NCBI GenBank assembly: GCA_964187785.1 | Contig: OZ076418.1 | Span: 38,874,001 to 38,938,000, forward strand | Reading direction: 5' to 3' | DNA length: 64,000 nt | DNA from: Amphiscolops sp. MND2022 | Lineage: Eukaryota | In this document: piece after piece, positions 50,501 through 59,500 of the stretch | How positions within the stretch are numbered: position 1 is the first letter of the stretch | Layout of the letters: every line of letters begins with the position of its first letter | Notes under the pieces: generated by a model | What the model was told of the DNA's origin: nothing | The model's input: only the letters and a program-made list of their open reading frames with translations | Database searches by the model: none | Position numbers and translations under genes: made by a program

Positions 50501-53500
50501 TGACCAGGTGCTAGTCAATAATGTTGTGTTTGAGAAGGCAAAATCCGACGAACTTTCAAACTGGGTAAAGTTGGGCGTTTACCGGGAAGTGGACGATACT
50601 GGTCAACCACGTGTTTCTTCTCGTTGGGTTTTGTCCATTAAGAATGATGGCACACCAAAAGCCCGTCTTGTAGCACGAGGCTTTGAAGACGAAGAGCTTA
50701 TGCCTCATGAAAAGCAGTCGCCAACATGCTCAAAAGAAGCCATTCGCTTGATCATGACAATTTCGGCTATATTTTCGTGGCCATTGGAGTCTATTGACAT
50801 CAAGTTTGCGTTTCTTCAGGGTGATATGGCAACCCGTACTGTTCATCTTCAACCGCCTAAAGAAGCGGCTACTAACAAGCTTTGGTTATTGACTAAGTGT
50901 GTTTATGGACTTTCTGATGCTTCACTTGGATGGTACAAGAAACTCAAGTCCTCGCTTGAATCGTTGGGGTGTTCTGTTACTCCAAACGATCGTGCCGTTT
51001 TTGTTCTCAAGAAGAATGGAGTTCTACATGGTCTTGTTGCTGTTCATGTGGATGACATCATATGGACTGGGGACGATTTGTTTGTCAAGACAGTTATTGA
51101 ACAATTAAGAGTTCTGTTTCAAGTTCGGTCTTTCCCAAAGGACGATTTTACATATTTGGGATTGAAGGTATCGAGATGTGCTGGTGATATTCAGGTCAGC
51201 CAAAGTGATTATGTGGACATGCTTCAGTTTATTGATAAAAGAAATTTTGCTGATAACGAACTGTATAAATTATGTCGTTCTCGAATAGGTCAGATTATGT
51301 GGTTGGCGTCACAAACTAGACCTGATCTATGCTTTGATGTTAATTGTTTATCAAGTGATATAAATTCTTTTGATCACTCCATTATTCCTCGTGTTAATAA
51401 AGTTATCAAGAAGGCGAAGACTGCAAGTGTCTGCATTAAGTTTCCAGTTTTGGATTTGAAATCTCTTAGTATCTGCGCATTCTCCGATGCTTCACTGGGT
51501 AATGTGAAGAATGGCGGCAGCCAAGGTGGTTATATAGTTTTTCTGCGAGATTCCAAGGGTACCATTGTTCCGTTGACGTGGTGCTCTAAACGGCTGAAGC
51601 GCGTGGTCAGAAGCACGTTGGCAGCAGAGTGTCTTGCACTTGGAGACGCTCTGGATCATGCGATTTTTATTCGAAATTTATTATCCGATGTGTTGGGAAA
51701 GGACATTTCTATTACTTGCTTTACTGATAATAATGATTTGAAGGTAGCACTGTCTTCTCATAAAGACGTAGCAGAGAAGAGATTACGCTTGGACATTATG
51801 AACATCAAGGATGCTATTCTTCATGAAGATGTGACTATCAAGTGGACCGACACAAAGAATCAGCTAGCTGACGTATTCACGAAAGCTGGTGGATTATCTG
51901 ATTTATTACTCGAAACTTTGTTAAACTCCCGCCTGCCTTCTTCTCTTTAAGGAGGGGGTAGATTGTTGACTCTTATTTATGTGTGACTTCTGTTTTATAT
52001 AGTAATGTCTGGCGGTGGGTTCTAATTCAACCTTCAACCAACAGTGTTTTCATTGATCTCAGTTCAACAGTAATATATCAAACGAACCGGAATAACGAAT
52101 GTAGTTGATTGCGATTGTGAACGGATCAGTATTCATAACCCATGCGGGGGTAACCGCCTTAAGTAAACAAACGACACGCATAACATGTAACTCGGGAACC
52201 GTTGACCCTAGGATGTTATAACTTGGTATATAGCAAACTTGGATGAGAGGCAATAACTTCAAGGTCACCGATGGACCTCAAGGTCATTTTAGATGCAACC
52301 CCTGAGGAGATAGGAAAACGTACATTAAAACATGTAAATCAGCGTCTGTAAGTGATAATTTATGCAATTCAGTCAGGCGGAACGATTCGCGATGTATTTC
52401 ACCTAGGATGATAGAAAAGTACCCCTTACGCGTAGAGAACATGTAGACCATGTAGTTGAAGGTCATTGAGCAATTTCTTCGATGTTAAAAATATCTTGGG
52501 TGACTTGGATTATTATTGAAATGTGGACTTCGATCAAGATGATGAAATATTTATCGTTGGCGGCAAGGAATGTTTAGTCGAAGTATAATTAGACGCGTTC
52601 ACCATGCCATAAAAGGAATAGTAAACATGAAGGTAAATACATGCAAACTTAAGACGCCGACGCCCTGTATGTAACGAAAATGTCAAGTATGATAGAAAGT
52701 CAAGATGAGATGACCAGAAACACGTGCGACGAACAAATATAATTGAGGCGGAATTAGAACATAATTGAATAGACAGAACCGAGTTAGAAGGCTGGGAGCA
52801 AGTTGAGTCTCGCGGAGACAAGATACTTCTTCGGATAAATACTCGCGCTTCTCGACAACCGAGTTAGAGAGCTAGAATTCAGTTGAGCCTCAGGACGGGG
52901 GCAAGAGATTCGAACTAGCTGGAGTAACTGGTCGTCGTTAACTCCGGGAGTCAGTGACAGAAATTGTACAAGTCCGGGACTTGACGATTGTTTGATTCAG
53001 TTGGCTGGATCGTGATATATAGATATTCGCTGAGAAATCAATTGGAAGATTGTTTTCATCGTGTTCTGTGATTTCATATCAATTTCTTAACTCGATCGTT
53101 CTAACCTACAGTCTCATTGCGAATATAGAGCCGATAGAGCAATTTGGAGAGAAACTAGTGTCAAGCTAGTCCTATGAGCAGAAGCAAGAACGAAACCTAC
53201 TCACCAAAATCAAACCTTTCTGTTAGGAGTTGAGCCTTGGGTTTTTCTCTCCGACCCCTCTGGCTAAATTTTCTTACAGACGATATTTTTAGGAGTCGGA
53301 GAAAGTTTTCAACTAATGCAATCGTACCTTTTTCCTTCCTATCTTTCGAATGAAAATTCGAAATTTCTCACAAACTGTCCATACTAGTTTTTTTAAAAAA
53401 TTAGCACAGACGCTCAACACCCAAAGGTGCTCCTGCATTCGCAATGGCATCAAAATCGTAAGACTGGGATCTGAGAAACAGCCAAACTTAGTCCAAAAAT

Positions 53501-56500
53501 GACCAAATGACAATAAAGTATGTAATTTGTTTTTCAATATTTTAATCCGTTTCCGACTCCTTTACCGCACATGCGGCTCTGGTTCTTCTATCCATGAGCA
53601 ACCGCATGGCTTTTAGCGGTCAGTATTTTCTATCCATATTCGAATTTTTTCCTACTTTGTGGTTGTAAATCAACTGAAAGACTTTAAAAATTACTCTCTA
53701 ATTAGCGGTTTAGCGATTAGCGGTCAGAATTAGTGATGTCAAAACCCCGCTGAAGTTAGTTTTGTTTCAAAAGACGATGGATGATTTTCGTATCGTTGGT
53801 TATACTTCACAAGTGATTCTCCAAGCTTCATTCTAATTGTTTCCTGTTGCTCAGTAGCATCAACTTTTTCATCCATTTTGTCTTTCGCATGAAATCTAGA
53901 ATAATTATCACCGGATGCAAAATCTCTTAAAAATTACGTTGTTTGTTAGTAGCCTACTCTGTGGTATTGACTCTTTGAAAGAAAGAAAGATTTAAATCAA
54001 GGTTGTTCAGGTGTTTTCAGTGTTGGCTGATTTAAATCAATTGATTTAAATCAACAGTAAAAATCCGATTTAAATCAAGATTTAAATCAAAGCCTTTTTA
54101 GTTGATTTATTTCTAGTGTTATTTGTATATAGTGAAGGAAACTATTCAGTGCATCCTGAGCTGTTAACCCTCAACGGCGGACCTGGAGAGAATTTTTTCA
54201 ACCTAAAGTTGGGTACACTCCAAGGAGTGCAATCGCCTAGGAGTGGAAAAATCAGCAAAGATGGTTTTCGTTCTGAAAACCTTGAACATGTCCCGATGAT
54301 TGTGAAGTATTATATTATGCTTTCTAAGTGTATCATCTGAATTATGAAAGGTTGCACAGGAAAATGTTTTCAAACTAACACTGTAGGTGACCGCCAAGTG
54401 ACTTTGATTTAAATCAAAAAAATCCGATTTAAATAAAAAAATCCGATTTTTTAAATAAAAATCCGGTTTTTTTTCCAACACTGGGTGTTTTATTCATGAA
54501 TAAAACAGGGGAAAAAATAATAAAACGATTTTGAACTTTTTTCAGAAACCTCTTCACAGGTTATGCTGTGGTTTCTGACTGTTCAATGTTTTAGTGCTTT
54601 TTACCTTTTTCAGATCACAATGGCTCGTGTGAAAGATGCCTGAAAAATCCATGTAGTGGCGCTTGCAAATGCGCTTTGTACAATGAAATATTTGGCAAGA
54701 AATGAACCAGCGTTCTCCATATCACGGTAGCTTTCCCGAGAACAATAAAATACAAAAAAGTGTATTTCGGAAAAACGTGTTTGAAACATTTTTCGTGGAA
54801 AAAGCTGTAATTTACAACCCTGATTTAAATGATTGTTTGTGCAAATGTTTGTTTTTCTGTGGTTTCTGACTGGTTTCTGTGGTTTGCTGTGGTTTCTGAC
54901 TGTTCAATGTTTTAGTGCTTTTTACCTTTTTCAGATCACAATGGCTCGTGTGAAAGATGCCTGAAAAATCCATGTAGTGGCGCTTGCAAATGCGCTTTGT
55001 ACAATGAAATATTTGGCAAGAAATGAACCAGCGTTCTCCATATCACGGTAGCTTTCCCGAGAACAATAAAATACAAAAAAGTGTATTTCGGAAAAACGTG
55101 TTTGAAACATTTTTCGTGGAAAAAGCTGTAATTTACAACCCTGATTTAAATGATTGTTTGTGCAAATGTTTGTTTTTCTGCCCAATTTTTCAGCTGAGGG
55201 TTAATGTTTGAATCTGTGTTGCAGACAGAGTTGAAAGTGTCGGAAATGGAGAAGATTCGATCTTTGCATGAGAGCGAAATGAGAAGCAGAGAGACGACCA
55301 TCAAACAACTCAAGACAGAAGTTACCAACACTTGGGATGCAAAGGCTGCGTGAGGACACCTCTTCTTCGCTTGCTTCCCCTTTTCACTATTAAAGCTGTT
55401 TTTTTTAGAAAAACGTTCGAAACAGTGTTTAAAAGTATTCCGAAAAGATCGTTTTGCTTTTTAAAATTACTTTTTACACTTGCGATAAGCAAGTGTTATG
55501 GGAAAGTGCGGGTGCTTTTTTTTTCCGCGCGACAACTCTCTGATTTCACGCGGCAACTCGCACGTTTCACGCGTTCGTGGTCTAGTGGTAAGATGCTTGC
55601 TTTTCAACCCAGAGGTTTCGTGTTCGAACCCGTGGGTATGCGCTAATTTTTTTACAAGTATTCCGAAGCAGAAGGTTCTGACTTTTTTCGGCACTATGAG
55701 ACTTTTCTGCTTTGTGACACTTTTTTTCGAAATGTACCCAAAGCGTCCTCCTTTCAATTTTTTGATATCTTGCAACAGAACGAATGTTATAAAATCCTAA
55801 AGGGTCCCTTTTTCACATTTTTCGGCACTATGCGACTTAGCGGAAACTTCAAAAAAATTCGGAAAATTTTTTCTCAATTTTTAGTTTTAAAAGACCGTTT
55901 TTCTAAAGACCGATCTTTTTTCTATGCGACTTTTTTAAAATTTGTTTTCATCGAAGCCCCTGCTCAATTTTACAAGAAACGAAACGTTTTGCGAGAGGAC
56001 TCCTCAAGGCTTTGCGACTTACCGGAGACCATCAAAAATGTTTTCGAAAAATTTGAAAATTTTTTTCTTCTATTTTCTGTTTAAGGTTTTCCGTTGAGAA
56101 AGAATGGGTTTTTTGCTGTTTTCAGTTGGGGAAGAATGGTTTTCGAGGCTTACGCGTATCCCTTCGGGTATTTTTTGGCGCTGTAAAATGGATGAAATTT
56201 CAATCTCCTTTTACCCTTGGTTTTCCGTATGAAATTGCTTAATTGGTTTTCAAAAGTTCGCAAGTGTTTGCGAAGCACGGCTTCGCCTCTGTGTTCAATA
56301 AGTCCAAATGGTCCTCAATTTGTTTGTTTTTGGGTTATTATGGTGAAATATACTAAAAGGTTCCCCTTTCGGCACTACGCCATTTTTTTAATTAAAGAAA
56401 TGTTCATTTCATTAATGTTTCTCCTTGATTTTGTTGTTTTATGTTAATGAAAAGCCTTTAATAGCCTGAAAAATCCTGCATTCGGATATTTTCGGCACTT

Positions 56501-59500
56501 TAGAGGTTCTGCAAAATATTCTAAATAACTGCTCTTTTTGAAATCGATTTTTGGGCTTTAGTCGGGGGAAACGACTCGTACTATTCCCGGCTTGAAAATA
56601 TTTTCTAGCTATCTACCCGCTATCTACGCTAAACTCGTTTACCCAGTACACGTTGTACTTTTAAACTCCAAGGAAAAAGTAGATTAGAACCAAAGGTGTT
56701 TTAAAGTTTAAAAAAAGCATTTACAATACAGGTATGGCTGAACGGAAATGAAGCAATTTATTGAGAGTTTAGGGAAATCCATTTGAAATAAATACTATGT
56801 TATGTTCAGTGAACTTCGAAGCTCAACTATAAGAGATCATGAAAAATTGGATGTTGCACAGCATAAAAGTATTTCTTGCATTTTTGCTACTACGATTCTC
56901 CAGTTGTTCGTCTTGTTTCCAAGTTTTTGTTACGCTTCAGAAACTATGACCTGTTAACTCATTAAATAAATGCAATGAAGTAGAACTGAATTTGAAGTCG
57001 AGTTATTTTCCATTTTTGGTGGTCTAATGATGACAGTATTTGCTCTTTCAGCTCCGAAGAAAGTCAAAAGTCCTTTTTCTAATAGCAATTTACCCCATTT
57101 TCGAACATAGAAAATGTGAAGGTTTTTATTTTTAGTATAAAATGATACCCCCTTTTTCGACTTGCACCCTGCTCAACAAGGGCTCAATTTTTAGTCGGCG
57201 TTTTTCTTAAGAAAAAAGCCCGGCTATTACAGTCACTCGTTTTTTTTTCTTTTTTTTTATTTAAGACAGACTCGAAGCGACGAACGTTAAAATTAACGTT
57301 CAACCACTAAATAAGTACTAAACTACTGGACCGCTAAAGGCAAACGGGGAGCGGATTCATTTACTTTTTAAACGTTACATACAAGCCCGGACGGGACTAA
57401 AGTTTCGTACCCCCCCCCCTTTCGATTTTTTTTCGGCGCTGTGAGATTTTTTTTCGAATTTTTTTTAATGTCCCCAAAGGGTCCCCCCTTTGAGTTTTTT
57501 GTTATTTTGCTACAGAATGCGTGTTTATAAATCAAAAAGGGTCCCCCTTTTACATTTTTCGGCACTGTGCGACATTTTCCGAAAGAAATTTTTTTCGAGA
57601 ATTTCAAGTTTTTTTCCAAAAAAAATGTTTTGCGCTTTTTGAGCCTTAGATATAGCGCCGACTTGAGGCGTTCTCGTCTTGTTCGCTCTCTACCCTAAAC
57701 TCGGGATTTCACTGCACGCGGTCCTTTTAGACTGCAGGAAAAAGTATATTAGAACCAAAGATGTTTCAAAGTAAAACAAGCTGGGACCAGCTCAAGTCGG
57801 CGCCATATCTAATGCTCAAAAATAGCAAGAGGACTTCAAAGTATTCTCTTCTGCAGTACCCGAAAAAAATTGAAAAAAGTCTCACAATGTCGAAAAAACT
57901 GAAAGGGGGGACCCTTTGAGATTTTTCAACATCCATTCTGTCGCAAAACTCCAAGAAAATTGAAGAGAGACCCTTTGGTGGGAAGAAAATTTCGGAAAAA
58001 AAGTCGCTCAGTGCCGGAAAAAAACTGGAAGGTGACGCTTTAGTCTCGCCTGGTATTGTATGATACGCGGAAAAAAGGAAAAACCTTTTTGGTTCACTTC
58101 CCTGGTCCAACAGGTACAATATAAAATTTTGTAGAACTTTTGGTAGAACTATTTTGGTCACTTCAGGTGTATCGAAAAAAAACACTGACGAAAAGCGATG
58201 ACTATAGTCGACTCTTCTCAAGAAAAGCGCCGACTAAAAACATTTGGGTTCATTCGTTATCTTTAGTAAATGTGAGAATATACTACATTGCTTTCTCAAA
58301 AGCCCCAAGGTTATGACTGGAACAACCGTATCTTGTAAAATGGAAAAAAGATGAACCAAAAAACAAAGACTCGGGTTATTCTAGCCGTATGAGACCGGCA
58401 TTTAAAATAGATATGGCTGAATGGAAAATGGAGAAATTTTGAAAATTTAGAAAAGATTTGGTTATTAGGGTATTTAAAGTTTTTGGCTCAAAATTCGCTC
58501 AGGCAAACTATATGCCCTGGAGCATTTCCATACCAAAAAGTTTCAATGCAGTTTTGTTAACTTTGACAAGATGGTTGCCAACAAATTTGGTTGCAAAACC
58601 ATTTGCAATTGAAATTTTTATTAATTTTTTATCTTTGCTGTTAAACTAAAAACTGCACAAGTTTAATATTCATGTTTCGTAGTCTTTGACAAATGTATGT
58701 TCGTATGGTGAATAAAAGAGGTTTAGGAATTAAGTCAGAAACGGTCCAAGTCGACTCCTCGCTCAAGGCTCTAAACTAGCAAAGTTTTTCGAAAGGGTAC
58801 CTTTTGATGAAATGAAGTTTTTCGAGACAAAGCCTGCCAGTGCCGAAAAAAAATCAAAAGGGGAACTCTTTGATCTCTAGTTTTGCAAACGTAAAATTTA
58901 TACCCATGCGGGATTTGAACCCACGAACTCCTGCTTTCCAGTCACGCACGCAAACCAATGGGTCAAGTGGTCAACCAGTGGGCGTCGAGAATCTATTAGC
59001 ATGATTTTTTAAAGTTTCAGTGTGAGCTGAAAAGAAACTAGTCACTGTTAGAGAATGTTCTGTTTCTTCGAAAAGCGCCAACTAAAAACGCCTGGGAATA
59101 ACAACCCTTGTGGGAAAATGCCCTGGAGAAAAAAGCGTTTGGAAAATATTGGTGGATGAACCTTCTTAAATTACAATCATATTTTTATATTGTATGGCGG
59201 CCTTTCTCAAGAGACGTTTTGCACCGCTCCAGGTCGGCTTCCGTTAAAACCAGCCGCTGGACTATCAATGGCACGTCTCTGCTTCGCTCCTGCATTTAGG
59301 GCACAAGAGGTATTTGACTATAGCTGACTAGGTATTTCAAATATTGGTGTTTTGGGCTTTTTCCGGAGACATTTGTTGTGGGTCGTTTTTCCGGGGTGTT
59401 TTTTCAAAGATACCGAAACTAGTATGTTGCGTTTGCCTATCAGGGAAAGAGTTGGCGAGATGCGCAAAATGGAACGACTGGTGAACACGTTGCAGAAAGA

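Larger units (their letters stand above)
47104..53278. mobile_element. Probable ~1.6-kb solo LTR (47104-47530 plus 52075-53278) split by the copia insertion
   Basis: Starts TGTTAA and ends TTACA, flanked by GAGG/GACG (4-bp TSD with one mismatch); GC-richer than the flanks, non-coding, with a TATA-like ATAAATA followed by TCAGTT. Confidence 0.45.
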
